Shown here in pieces: positions 1-10,322 of a stretch of 64,000 bases of DNA. Positions within the stretch are counted from its first letter, which is position 1, and each line of letters starts with the position of its first letter. The notes under the pieces were generated by a model. That model saw only the letters and a list, made by a program, of their open reading frames with translations. It did no database searches and was not told where the DNA came from. Source of the stretch: a virus (Duplodnaviria; Heunggongvirae; Uroviricota; Caudoviricetes); the IMG/VR virus record IMGVR_UViG_3300035680_000003; one strand, given 5' to 3'. Position numbers and translations under genes: made by a program.

Positions 1-2
1 GA

Positions 3-3000
3 TATGTTACTCCTCCTCTAGTTACAATTACTGGCGGCGGCCAGTACGTGACATCAACTGCAACTGTATCAGTTGTAATGGGTAATGACACAATTAGAAA
101 AAACACTGTTGGTATTAAATTTGACAGAGTTGGTACAGGCTACGAATTAGGTGATACTACAGTAACTGAAACGTTCGTCTGTTCAGGAGATGCAAATAAG
201 TTTGTACTTAGCTGGTTAGCTGAACCTAACAAGTCTAATATTACTCCATTAGTAGATGGTAAGTTGGTGCTTGCTACTGACTATACTATTGAATATTATA
301 CAGAAACATATAATAATTACACTAAGAAATATTCTAGGTTTGTATTTTTAAACTATGTTCCTGGTGAAGGACAGATATTTAAAATTACATATAATAAAAA
401 TATCAACCTTTATACAGCAGTTGATAGAATTCATAATTATTACGAACCTACAGACAGCATGCCTGGACTAGAATTGCCTCTATTAATGTCTGGTGCAGAA
501 TTTGGTGAGACTCAACTGCAAGGTTTAAGATTTGATTATTCTCCACCTTGGGGCCACGGAGCATACGACAACAATTCTGCATGGTCTGACTTAACTGATT
601 ACTATGCTTCTGCAAAATTAGTAGCAGATGCGCTTTACAATACAGGTACACTAGTATTAAGTACCACTGAAGGAATTTCTCCAGGGCAGAAAATTATCTT
701 AACGAACACTGCCTTAAATTATCTAAGGACAGATACTGTAGTTGTTTCTGTTAACACTGGCGCCAACTCGATTGAAGTTAGTAATTATGAATTTCAAATT
801 AAACGTGTTTGGTCTGACAGCCTAACTACCAGAGGAACTTTAGTATTCTACACAGTTGAAGATTTCGGCGGCGATATTAGAGTAGGAGACTACGCAGAAA
901 TTTGGGGAATTAATGGAGGCGAAGGCGGAACACTTACTGGCTTCGACGGTAGATATCAAGTAACTGGAGTTGGTACAGATAGATTTACTGCAATCGGAAC
1001 GGGCACACACTGGTCTAGTGTGTTGTCGACATCGACTGTGCGTTCTGCTCCAGCAGGCACAACAGTTCGTATTCCATCAATGTTAAGAGACTACGAAGTT
1101 ACATCAACTTATAAGATATATTCTTTTGCTGATGATATCATAAACACTACAACAGTTTATTATGATACTTTAATTTCTATTCAAGATGTTTCAACATCAT
1201 CTGTTTACTTAGATTATTCTACTTTGCCGTTGCAAACAAGTTCATTGGCTGAATATGTTGAAACAACTGCTACTTCTAGCGGAACACTTGCTCTTACTAT
1301 TCGTGGGCTAGGCCTAAGTGGTCATCATATTGATGTTGATATTTACGGATATCCAAAATTAGAATTTTGGAAAGATAATTTTAATGTTAACGGAGTTGAC
1401 ACAGAACTTACAGCAGGATCCTGGGACAGTGCTGGCAACTTTGTTGGAGCACTAGGAGTAAATCCTACAGACTTAACAGTCAATGGCAGCGGCTTCTTAA
1501 ATGCTCAATTAGGGTATGCTCCCGAAGAGCATGTTAAAGGACAGACATTTGATAGTGTTAGTATTAATGTCTATACACAAGAAAATAACTCATCTCCTCT
1601 AGTAATTTCAGGCGCTGTTCCTGTAGTCAGCGGTAGAGTTTCTGTTACTACATTGCCACATCCTGTTACAGAATCCGTAGGTGTTCAGGTAGAATATAAA
1701 GGATTAATTTTTGATAGATTAGATACTCCACCTAATCCTGGTACAATAGGTCCTTATTTTAGCTCTTCTCTTGCTACGCCAATCGGCGTTTCTGGGGCAC
1801 CTATCGGAGCCTCTGCCGGTGACGATACATTTACTGGACCCTATTCGCTAGGGTTTAATTGGAACATGTTTGGTACAGTGTACACTGAAGTGTACGTTGG
1901 CACAAATGGTTATGTAACGTTTGGCGGAGGAGATACTGAGTACACGCCTTTAAATATCGACGCTCTTGAAAATCCATCAATTATGGTGATGTTCTGCGAC
2001 TTATGGCAGGCAATAGGAATATTCGGTCAACCATTAGAAAACGGACAACTTCCTGGGCTATGGTTCGATACCGGTACGATTTCAGGAACAACTACTCAAT
2101 TTAATTACTGGAGATTGCGCTTTCAAGGTAGTCATTACCAGAAAAGAGATGAACCTGGAGTGTTACCTGCGTACCAGTATGAACTCGGATTATATTCTGA
2201 TGGAGTGAATCAGTATGTAGAAATGATTTATGAAAACACATGGCGCGAGTATGATCCTTTAAACGCTTCATCTTCTGTTCCAAATGGCGGATTTATAACA
2301 GGTATTTCTAATCAAAATGGCGCTAATGCCGTTCAGGTGCCGTATACTTCTATACAAAATAATACCAGTCATGTATTCTATAGTACTTCGGAGGGCGGAA
2401 ACTGGCAGTATGCAGGACAAGGAAGTTTTGATCCTAATAAAGAACCGTATAACTTTACAGCAAGAAATCAGTTCTTTATCTATGATCGAACTTTGTACAT
2501 TGCTCCTCAGACAACAACTGGTAGAGCAGGTTATACATTAATGACCATGGGAGGCGATTATCTGTTAGATAGTAACCTAGTATCAGTTAGTGATCAATCA
2601 TCTGTATTAATTCCTAGTTTAGCTAGTATAGACGATGTTCGTTCTGTTTATGTAACAGTTAATGGTACTCAAATTTTTGAAACACTATCAACTTCATCAT
2701 ATGGTTATATGGTATCTCCTACTGGTATTGAAAATAATAGAGCGGCAGTTACAGTTTACAATATTCCTGCTGGTACTAACGTGATTCAAGCATGGTTTTT
2801 TGAAACTAACTATCCTGAGTTTAACGGAGTTTGGACAGAATATTTCAACATTACTACAACTACTACTGTGTTGAATTTAACAAAGCCTATTGCTAATATA
2901 GAACCGATTAGTGCTCAGGTATTAGTAGAATATGAAGCATTGGCTGGAGCAGGCAGAAGAAGACTTTCTCCTCCTGATGTGACTTATTATAAATTTGATG

Positions 3001-4472
3001 GAACTCAACTTACATTCAATATTGACAATAAGCCTAGACCATCAGGTACATATTCTATTGAAACAGTGCATGTTTACTTAAATGGCTTCTTACTAAGATC
3101 GGGCTTTGATTATACGCTATCCGTAAGTAACAGTACAATTACTTTCCCTACCGGATTACTTGTAAACGGTGATGCAATTGCAATCGAAAGCCTTATTGAT
3201 TATGATTATATAGTGTCTGGTAACACGGTTATTTTATCAACTCCTCTTACATCCGGATCTGTAAAAGTAACTACGTTTACAGACCATGATGGCATGTTGA
3301 TTAGAACAGAACGTTTCTCAGGTAATTCTATGCGTAGATTTACTCTTAGCTTACCTGTTATTAGTGCAGAGTATGTCTGGGTCTATGTAGACGGAGCACC
3401 GTTAATACCTGGATATGACTTTGGACTTCTTCCAGATCAACGAACTATTCAACTTAGTGAATGGATATTTGTCAATACGTCAAACGACATTATGATTACC
3501 TCTATTAATTCACCATTAAGAAATAACGTTACTTTAGGTTATAGAATTTTTAAAGATATTTTTGATAGAACATCATATACTCGATTATCAGATTTTTACA
3601 GTACACGTTTAACTAAAGAGTTAACGCTCACTGATACTGAAATTCACGTTGAAGATTCTAGCAGATTGATTCCTCCTAATCCTATTAGAAATATTCCAGG
3701 AGTAGTATTTGTTGACAGCGAACGTATTGAGTTCTTTGAAAAAGCCAGTAATACATTAAGCAATTTACGAAGAAGCACTCACGGCACAGCACCCGCATTG
3801 TTTTCTGAAGTTGGAACTAAACTAATGGATCAAAGTACACAACAACAAGTTCCCTACAGTGATGTAATTAAGAAGCAATATCATATTACTACCAGCACAA
3901 CAAATGCTCGAGTATTAAGTACTGTAACTAACTCGTTCAACACATACACATTTGTTATTAGCACTTCCAGTTATTCCACTGACGTGGGCCCATACCAGTT
4001 TGTGTGTGACGGAATTACTCTTTCTACATCGACTGATGCAACTAATCAGGTAACTATTAAGTACGGTGGAAGGACACTTCGCAAAACAAGTACCTTGGTA
4101 CATGATTCTAGAAGAGCCTATGATACGACTTCAACAAGTTTAGTAACACTGGATTCTGAATTTACTGTAGTTTATAATTCGTTGACTAACAATCATGAAT
4201 TAAAATTAAATATTGAGGGATTTGTTTCCGGAGTGAGATTAGAAATTGAACAAAGAACTGGTCAGTTCTGGCAACCGATTGAAGAAGTATCTGCTAATGA
4301 GTGGGTAATTAAATCTTCGTTATTGACTGCTGTAACACCGCAGGCTATGTTTATACAACAGAAAACAACAGAATTACCTGATTATTATTATTATGGTGGA
4401 GATCCTACTCTAACAGACAATAATAATTTTGAATTGACAGACGACAATAACAATCCGATAGAGGGATATTAA
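3..4472 (+). CDS. Giant virion structural protein (baseplate-wedge-like), 5'-truncated by window edge; internal NIDO-like segment
   Basis: The frame is open from base 3 (YVTPPLVTITGGGQYV...). >1470 aa, Thr/Ser/Val beta-rich, with VYxNG/VYVDG repeats typical of baseplate proteins. Heads a co-directional tail gene block. Confidence 0.7.
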   Translation, partial: YVTPPLVTITGGGQYVTSTATVSVVMGNDTIRKNTVGIKFDRVGTGYELGDTTVTETFVCSGDANKFVLSWLAEPNKSNITPLVDGKLVLATDYTIEYYTETYNNYTKKYSRFVFLNYVPGEGQIFKITYNKNINLYTAVDRIHNYYEPTDSMPGLELPLLMSGAEFGETQLQGLRFDYSPPWGHGAYDNNSAWSDLTDYYASAKLVADALYNTGTLVLSTTEGISPGQKIILTNTALNYLRTDTVVVSVNTGANSIEVSNYEFQIKRVWSDSLTTRGTLVFYTVEDFGGDIRVGDYAEIWGINGGEGGTLTGFDGRYQVTGVGTDRFTAIGTGTHWSSVLSTSTVRSAPAGTTVRIPSMLRDYEVTSTYKIYSFADDIINTTTVYYDTLISIQDVSTSSVYLDYSTLPLQTSSLAEYVETTATSSGTLALTIRGLGLSGHHIDVDIYGYPKLEFWKDNFNVNGVDTELTAGSWDSAGNFVGALGVNPTDLTVNGSGFLNAQLGYAPEEHVKGQTFDSVSINVYTQENNSSPLVISGAVPVVSGRVSVTTLPHPVTESVGVQVEYKGLIFDRLDTPPNPGTIGPYFSSSLATPIGVSGAPIGASAGDDTFTGPYSLGFNWNMFGTVYTEVYVGTNGYVTFGGGDTEYTPLNIDALENPSIMVMFCDLWQAIGIFGQPLENGQLPGLWFDTGTISGTTTQFNYWRLRFQGSHYQKRDEPGVLPAYQYELGLYSDGVNQYVEMIYENTWREYDPLNASSSVPNGGFITGISNQNGANAVQVPYTSIQNNTSHVFYSTSEGGNWQYAGQGSFDPNKEPYNFTARNQFFIYDRTLYIAPQTTTGRAGYTLMTMGGDYLLDSNLVSVSDQSSVLIPSLASIDDVRSVYVTVNGTQIFETLSTSSYGYMVSPTGIENNRAAVTVYNIPAGTNVIQAWFFETNYPEFNGVWTEYFNITTTTTVLNLTKPIANIEPISAQVLVEYEALAGAGRRRLSPPDVTYYKFDGTQLTFNIDNKPRPSGTYSIETVHVYLNGFLLRSGFDYTLSVSNSTITFPTGLLVNGDAIAIESLIDYDYIVSGNTVILSTPLTSGSVKVTTFTDHDGMLIRTERFSGNSMRRFTLSLPVISAEYVWVYVDGAPLIPGYDFGLLPDQRTIQLSEWIFVNTSNDIMITSINSPLRNNVTLGYRIFKDIFDRTSYTRLSDFYSTRLTKELTLTDTEIHVEDSSRLIPPNPIRNIPGVVFVDSERIEFFEKASNTLSNLRRSTHGTAPALFSEVGTKLMDQSTQQQVPYSDVIKKQYHITTSTTNARVLSTVTNSFNTYTFVISTSSYSTDVGPYQFVCDGITLSTSTDATNQVTIKYGGRTLRKTSTLVHDSRRAYDTTSTSLVTLDSEFTVVYNSLTNNHELKLNIEGFVSGVRLEIEQRTGQFWQPIEEVSANEWVIKSSLLTAVTPQAMFIQQKTTELPDYYYYGGDPTLTDNNNFELTDDNNNPIEGY

Positions 4473-4475
4473 AAG

Positions 4476-5192
4476 ATGAAAATTAATCAATTACCATTTA
4501 TAACTTCAGGTACAACTGTTACAAGTTTTGTAATAGTTGATGAGATACTACCGAGAAGAATCCGTTACACTGACTTAGTTGATCAAGTTGTTACAGAAAT
4601 AGGTGCCGCCGAATTTACTGGTCCCACAGGGCCTGCGGGTCCTAAAGGACCGACTGGACCAGCAGGTTCGAGTGTGGTCCCAGGCCCAACTGGCCCAACT
4701 GGACCAGGTCTACCAGATGGTGGATCTATTGGGCAGGCGCTGATTAAAATTTCAGGTCTAAACTATGATTATGATTGGGGAACTGTTTCTGGCGGCAGCG
4801 GAGTTGGTCTATCTTCGAGAATATTAACTACTGGAACAACAGCATCTCTTGCTGCTAATGCTAGTGGAAATACAGAAGCAACTGGTTTTAAAACTTATAT
4901 GTTGTCAAAGGTACAAACTTCTCATGCTGCATGGGTTCGAATTTACTCAGACAGCACTAGCAGAACTAATGATGCAGCAAGGACCGAAGGTAATGATCCG
5001 TTGCCAGGTAGCGGAGTTATTGCGGAAGTTATTACAACTGCATCCTCTCTAACTCAATTAATAACTCCCGGAGTTATAGGGTTTAATAATGATGTGCCTA
5101 CCACTACTACTGTTTATCTATCTGTAACAAACAAAGACACGGTATCTAGAACAATCGATGTTACGTTAACATTACTACAACTGGAGTCTTAA
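4476..5192 (+). CDS. Short collagen-like (GPT) tail/fibre-associated protein
   Basis: Short G-X-Y runs (GPTGPAGPKGPTGPAG, GPTGPTGPG); sits in the tail block. Confidence 0.65.
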   Translation: MKINQLPFITSGTTVTSFVIVDEILPRRIRYTDLVDQVVTEIGAAEFTGPTGPAGPKGPTGPAGSSVVPGPTGPTGPGLPDGGSIGQALIKISGLNYDYDWGTVSGGSGVGLSSRILTTGTTASLAANASGNTEATGFKTYMLSKVQTSHAAWVRIYSDSTSRTNDAARTEGNDPLPGSGVIAEVITTASSLTQLITPGVIGFNNDVPTTTTVYLSVTNKDTVSRTIDVTLTLLQLES

Positions 5193-5193
5193 A

Positions 5194-6861
5194 ATGAGTT
5201 CTGAAGCTAGAGAGTATATTATAACTTTAAAAAATAAAGAAGATCTTGAATCTTTTTATAATGATATGGAGTTGTCTAACGGGGCAAAATTTATTCCTCA
5301 CCGCGCCATTCCGGTAAAGGATAGAAGACCGGTAAGTCGAAATACTCATTATACGTTATATGCATCTGAAGCCGAACTTATTAAAAACGATCCTAGAGTG
5401 TTGCATGTTGAATTGAGCCTTGAAGAACAAGGTTTAAAATTTAAACCATTTTGGACACAAGCTAGTACGTTATGGAACAGGTCTAATACTCTAAGTTCAT
5501 CTCATAGAAACTGGGGAATATTAAGATCTGTTGAAGGAGTACAAAGAAGTGGATGGGGAACAAACGGAACTACTAATGTATCCGGAACAGTTAATACAAC
5601 TTCGAGCGGAAAATATGTTGATGTGGTTATAGTAGACGGACATTTTAATCCCTTACATCCCGAGTTTGCAGTCAATGCAGACGGCTCTGGTGGGTCTAGG
5701 GTTGTTCAATATAATTGGTTACAACATAACCTAGCTGTACTAGGAACAGCACCTGGTACATATGCTTATACTCCTTATATTGATCCTTCATATCCAGATA
5801 ACAATCTTGATGGAATATCTGACAGAACAGTAGACGGCGATCACGGGACACACGTTGCTTCTACAGCATGTGGTAACACCTACGGATGGGCAAGAGATGC
5901 AAACATTTATAATATAAGTCCGTACTCAACGAATCCATCTAATACAGGAGCACGGACAATAGATTACATCAGAGAGTGGCATAGAACTAAGCCTATTAAT
6001 CCTGCCACAGGTAGACGTAATCCTACGGTTACTAATCACAGTTATGGAGTATCTATTGAAGTACCTATTTCTGAAATTACTATTGTTAGATTTCAAGGTA
6101 CAGAATTTAGTGGTCCTTTTACGGAATCAGAATTAACCAATTATGGATTGGTTGTAAGTGCAGGAAACGTAGCATTTCCAATAAGAAGCGTTGCATACGA
6201 GGAAGATTTAATAGATGCGATGAACGAAGGGATTATCGTTGTCGGAGCCGCAGGAAACGATTATACAAAAATTTCTAATTTTACAGTTGATACTGGGGAT
6301 GACTATAATAATTACATTGTTCAAAGTGATGTGTTTACTTATTACTATAACAGGGGCCCATTAGGTGCAGCATCTGGATCAATTTGTGTCGGCGGCGCAG
6401 ACGCAAATACAACTGAAACAAAAATTGTTTACAGTAATTGCGGACCTAGGATAGACTTGTATGCTCCGGGAAGATTTATTGTTGGCGGAGTAAACTCTAC
6501 TACTGGAGTTACAACTGGAGATAGTAGAAACTCTGCGTATAGAGTGACTAAAAGATCTGGAACTAGTATGTCTAGCCCACAAGTTGCGGGAGTTCTAGCC
6601 TGTCTTGCAGAGCAATGGCCTACTATGAAACAATCACAGGCTAGGGATTACATTAGAAATAAAGCTAAAATAGGGCAAATTACTGCTACTACAGGCGGTA
6701 TAGGTGACTATACAGACTTGCAAGGGTCTACAAATAGATTCCTATACTACAATAAAGAACGCCTAGATCAAGGTATGGTTGGTCCCAAAGTTAATCAAGG
6801 TAATCGATCTAGTACAGGGCACATATGGCCTAGAACTAAAATCTACCGATACGGAAGATAA
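5194..6861 (+). CDS. Subtilisin-family (S8) serine protease with prodomain
   Basis: Catalytic motifs VVIVDG (Asp), HGTHVASTA (His), GAAGND (oxyanion Asn) and GTSMSSPQVAG (Ser) are all present. Confidence 0.92.
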   Translation: MSSEAREYIITLKNKEDLESFYNDMELSNGAKFIPHRAIPVKDRRPVSRNTHYTLYASEAELIKNDPRVLHVELSLEEQGLKFKPFWTQASTLWNRSNTLSSSHRNWGILRSVEGVQRSGWGTNGTTNVSGTVNTTSSGKYVDVVIVDGHFNPLHPEFAVNADGSGGSRVVQYNWLQHNLAVLGTAPGTYAYTPYIDPSYPDNNLDGISDRTVDGDHGTHVASTACGNTYGWARDANIYNISPYSTNPSNTGARTIDYIREWHRTKPINPATGRRNPTVTNHSYGVSIEVPISEITIVRFQGTEFSGPFTESELTNYGLVVSAGNVAFPIRSVAYEEDLIDAMNEGIIVVGAAGNDYTKISNFTVDTGDDYNNYIVQSDVFTYYYNRGPLGAASGSICVGGADANTTETKIVYSNCGPRIDLYAPGRFIVGGVNSTTGVTTGDSRNSAYRVTKRSGTSMSSPQVAGVLACLAEQWPTMKQSQARDYIRNKAKIGQITATTGGIGDYTDLQGSTNRFLYYNKERLDQGMVGPKVNQGNRSSTGHIWPRTKIYRYGR

Positions 6862-6893
6862 ACCGCTTATAATTTAGATGGATAAATATCATT

Positions 6894-7523
6894 ATGGATA
6901 ACAGAAACATGAACAATTTACCGAATGAAGCTGGAGCAATAGGCATCCAGGGTCATATTAAAATCTACGATCCTATCTCTCAAGAAGTCTTTATTAATAA
7001 AAGAAACGCTATTCATTATGAGAATTTTTCCATAGCATTGGCACAGAGTATAGCAAATCAAGGCGAAGGACCCATTGCCGAGATGGTGTTCGGCAACGGA
7101 GGAAGCAGAGTTGATAGTACAGGAATCATTACTTACCTTACACCTAACAGTGTAGGAACAAGTGCTAGCCTATATAATCAAACTTATTATAAAACTGTTG
7201 ATTCGAAAAGTTCATACTCGTTAGATCCTGCACGTAATTTTATGGAAACTAGACACATTGCTGGCACAGTTTATACTGACGTGCTAGTAAGTTGTTTGCT
7301 TGATTTTGGTGAGCCGAGCGGTCAAGCCGCATTTGATACAGAAACAAACACTGAATCTAATTTTGTGTTTGATGAATTAGGATTGAGATCCTTTAATCCA
7401 GAAGGTCCGAATACAGGAATGTTATTAACACATGTTATCTTCCACCCTGTTCAGAAATCATTAAACAGGATGATTCAGGTAGATTATACAATTAGGATCC
7501 AAAGTTTGAGCACCGGAGTTTAA
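6894..7523 (+). CDS. Virion structural protein (baseplate/tail)
   Basis: 209 aa ORF in the tail block, preceded by a GATAAATA late-promoter-like motif. Confidence 0.6.
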   Translation: MDNRNMNNLPNEAGAIGIQGHIKIYDPISQEVFINKRNAIHYENFSIALAQSIANQGEGPIAEMVFGNGGSRVDSTGIITYLTPNSVGTSASLYNQTYYKTVDSKSSYSLDPARNFMETRHIAGTVYTDVLVSCLLDFGEPSGQAAFDTETNTESNFVFDELGLRSFNPEGPNTGMLLTHVIFHPVQKSLNRMIQVDYTIRIQSLSTGV

Positions 7524-7526
7524 AAC

Positions 7527-9347
7527 ATGGCTAATTCATATACACTTCGATTCTCAGACCCTACAAACACTGGCACAGTGCAGGTATTAGGAACAACATT
7601 AGGTCCTGGAAAGAACAATTATAGTACCAGTCTTGATCTAGTCGGGCCAGGATATACTAATTACGGTCTTGATACTACACAAAATTTTTTAAAATTGTTG
7701 GAAAATTTTGCAGGACCTAACCCTCCTATTAATTCAATTAAGGGACAACTATGGTATGATACTAGCAATCCTAACAGAAAAGTTTTAAGAGTTAATAATG
7801 GTGACATTACAAGTAATCGATGGCCAGCTGCTAGCGGAATCTATCAACAAAATTCTGATCCTAGTTTAAGTTATAGTTCTGGAGTAACAATTGGAGACAT
7901 CTGGGTTGATACAGTTTCGAATCAATTAAACATACGTGATGCCGATGGATGGACTCTTGTTGGTCCTAGTAGCTTATCTGGTACTTCAAAGTCCGGAGCA
8001 GAAGTTAGAGTCATTGAAACTAATACTAGTACCGTTGCTAATAAAGTAGAGTATCCTGTTATTTTAAACTGGGCAAACGGCAAAGTAGTTGAAATTATCT
8101 CTTATAATGAATTTACTCCTAGAAGTGTTATTGATGGTTTTACTGTTATTAAGGCAGGAACAAATTTAACTTCCAGAATTCCTACAAGATACAACGGAGT
8201 AGCAGAAAGTGCTGCATCTTTATATCTCAGTTCGGGTGTAACCGTTAAAGCATCTGATGTATTAAGAAATAAATCTATACTTGCACCTCAGATTCATACA
8301 GGTACCTTTGTAGTTGAGTCATCTGGCGGTATTCAAATTAAAAAAGATACAACTGCAAAAGCTATTAAAATATATAGTACTGCATCTGAGGCATTTGTTA
8401 CCTACGCTAACACTAGCTCTTCTGGAATGAAGATAGGTATTTCTGATAGTTTCTTTGACAAGTCTTATTTAAAGCTCACATCTGCAGGATTTGTGGGAGT
8501 TAATAATCCTATTCCTACCAAAACATTAGATGTTACAGGTAGCGGTAAGTTTTCAGATGATGTAACAATTACTTCTAATACCGATTCTGCTCTAGATGTT
8601 TCCGGTGGCGGGTCGTTTGGAAGAACTTTAGAAGCAAACACATTAACTGTAGTAACAACTTCTTCAATGGTTGGGCTAATTACAATAGGTCAGCCCGGCG
8701 GAAGCGGCACTATTTTACAACCAGCAGAAAACAATTCATATGAATTAGGATCTCCAACTAGAGCATTTCGTAGAATTTATACATCACAAATTGGTTCAAC
8801 TGGATCTACACTTACAATATACGGAGTTGCTTCACAGGCTGTTCAATTAGAAGCTTCTCGACAATTTAGTGTTATTGGACAGTTTGCAACAACCGGATCT
8901 GTATCATTTAATGGATTAGGTAATGTAGCTCTTAATACTACTGCTACCACAGCTTTAATTACAGCACAGTCAACAGTTACATCGACCACTGCTACTCAGA
9001 CGTTGTTAGTAGTTGACACCGCAACATCTACAACTATAGAGCAAGGTGTAAGACAAATCAGCAAGGCAGATTTCTTATCAGATGTTTACGACATGGTAAT
9101 GCAGCCAGGGATGATTATTCCGTGGCCAACTTCAACACCTCCCTCAGCGGTTAAGCCAGACGGTCAGCCTACATGGATTTTATGCAATGGCGGGTCTACA
9201 TCTACCGTGTTACAGGGAGATTTATTTGGTGTAATTGGTTATACATTTGGTGGAGCAAGTGGTAGCTTTAGTGTTCCGGATTTGAGATATGCTACTACCA
9301 CTACAAACATTGTACCAGTTACAATGAACTATATTATAAAGACATAA
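7527..9347 (+). CDS. Tail/baseplate fibre protein with C-terminal phage tail collar domain
   Basis: C-terminal WILCNG...LFGVIGYTFGG...FSVPDLR is the tail collar signature. The N-terminal domain is shared with the next two genes. Confidence 0.8.
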   Translation: MANSYTLRFSDPTNTGTVQVLGTTLGPGKNNYSTSLDLVGPGYTNYGLDTTQNFLKLLENFAGPNPPINSIKGQLWYDTSNPNRKVLRVNNGDITSNRWPAASGIYQQNSDPSLSYSSGVTIGDIWVDTVSNQLNIRDADGWTLVGPSSLSGTSKSGAEVRVIETNTSTVANKVEYPVILNWANGKVVEIISYNEFTPRSVIDGFTVIKAGTNLTSRIPTRYNGVAESAASLYLSSGVTVKASDVLRNKSILAPQIHTGTFVVESSGGIQIKKDTTAKAIKIYSTASEAFVTYANTSSSGMKIGISDSFFDKSYLKLTSAGFVGVNNPIPTKTLDVTGSGKFSDDVTITSNTDSALDVSGGGSFGRTLEANTLTVVTTSSMVGLITIGQPGGSGTILQPAENNSYELGSPTRAFRRIYTSQIGSTGSTLTIYGVASQAVQLEASRQFSVIGQFATTGSVSFNGLGNVALNTTATTALITAQSTVTSTTATQTLLVVDTATSTTIEQGVRQISKADFLSDVYDMVMQPGMIIPWPTSTPPSAVKPDGQPTWILCNGGSTSTVLQGDLFGVIGYTFGGASGSFSVPDLRYATTTTNIVPVTMNYIIKT

Positions 9348-9351
9348 TAAC

Positions 9352-10320
9352 ATGGCATATATCATATATAGAAGTGACGGTACAGTATTGTTAACCATGG
9401 CAGATGGAGATGTAGATTCTATCACTACTAGTTTAGATTTAATAGGTAAGAATGTTAACAAGTACGGACAGTATGTAAACAATAATTTTGTAAAACTGTT
9501 GACTAATTTTGCTTCTCCTAATCAACCTTTACAAGCACAAGTTGGTCAGTTGTGGTACGACACAATTAACAGTAAATTAACAGTCTATGATGGTGTAGAG
9601 TTTAATCCTACATACGGCGCAACTATCAGTGGTACGCAACCCGTAACAACAAGTACAGGAGATTTGTGGTACAATAGCACTAATGGTGAATTTAAAATCT
9701 GGCAAGGATATCCTTTAAATCAATGGTTCCTTGTTGATCCTAGAGTAGATCTACAAAATGGTAAAATGGGAGTTATGGTTCCTCCTGTAAATATTTTAGA
9801 GAATACGTTTAACCAAAAACAAAATGTTTCAGTGCTGTATTCTTACGGTGCTCCGACTGCGTTAGTGACTACTGCATCCTTTACAATGAGTGCTTCTAGC
9901 TCAACAGTGTACTTTGGACAGACAACAGCAACTAATGTTGTTAACGGTATTACAATTTTAGATGACCTTGATGTAAAAGGAAATTTATATGTAAGGGGTA
10001 ATACAGTTTATGATAAGAATTTAACAACTGCATTTGATATTACCACATACGGTGATACAAAAACTGGCACAACTGGAACAAATCTAACAAACATCAATGA
10101 TGGAAACAATGCTTTAAGATTAAAAGCATTGCCTAATTTGTTTAGTACCGCAACCTATGTTATAGGATCTCAGGCTAAAGTGCTGTGTAATTACAATGCT
10201 CTTCTTTCTGTTAGACACTTTACATTAACAAATGTAGGAGGACTTGCTCGCTGGGATACTGTAGATGCATATTATAATTCTTTTACCACTTTTAACAATA
10301 ACATTACATATCAGGAATAA
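9352..10320 (+). CDS. Virion structural protein, paralog of the neighbouring fibre proteins
   Basis: Shares the N-terminal LIGKN..YG...NFVKLL.NF...P...GQLWYD motif with 7527 and 10323. Confidence 0.7.
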   Translation: MAYIIYRSDGTVLLTMADGDVDSITTSLDLIGKNVNKYGQYVNNNFVKLLTNFASPNQPLQAQVGQLWYDTINSKLTVYDGVEFNPTYGATISGTQPVTTSTGDLWYNSTNGEFKIWQGYPLNQWFLVDPRVDLQNGKMGVMVPPVNILENTFNQKQNVSVLYSYGAPTALVTTASFTMSASSSTVYFGQTTATNVVNGITILDDLDVKGNLYVRGNTVYDKNLTTAFDITTYGDTKTGTTGTNLTNINDGNNALRLKALPNLFSTATYVIGSQAKVLCNYNALLSVRHFTLTNVGGLARWDTVDAYYNSFTTFNNNITYQE

Positions 10321-10322
10321 TT

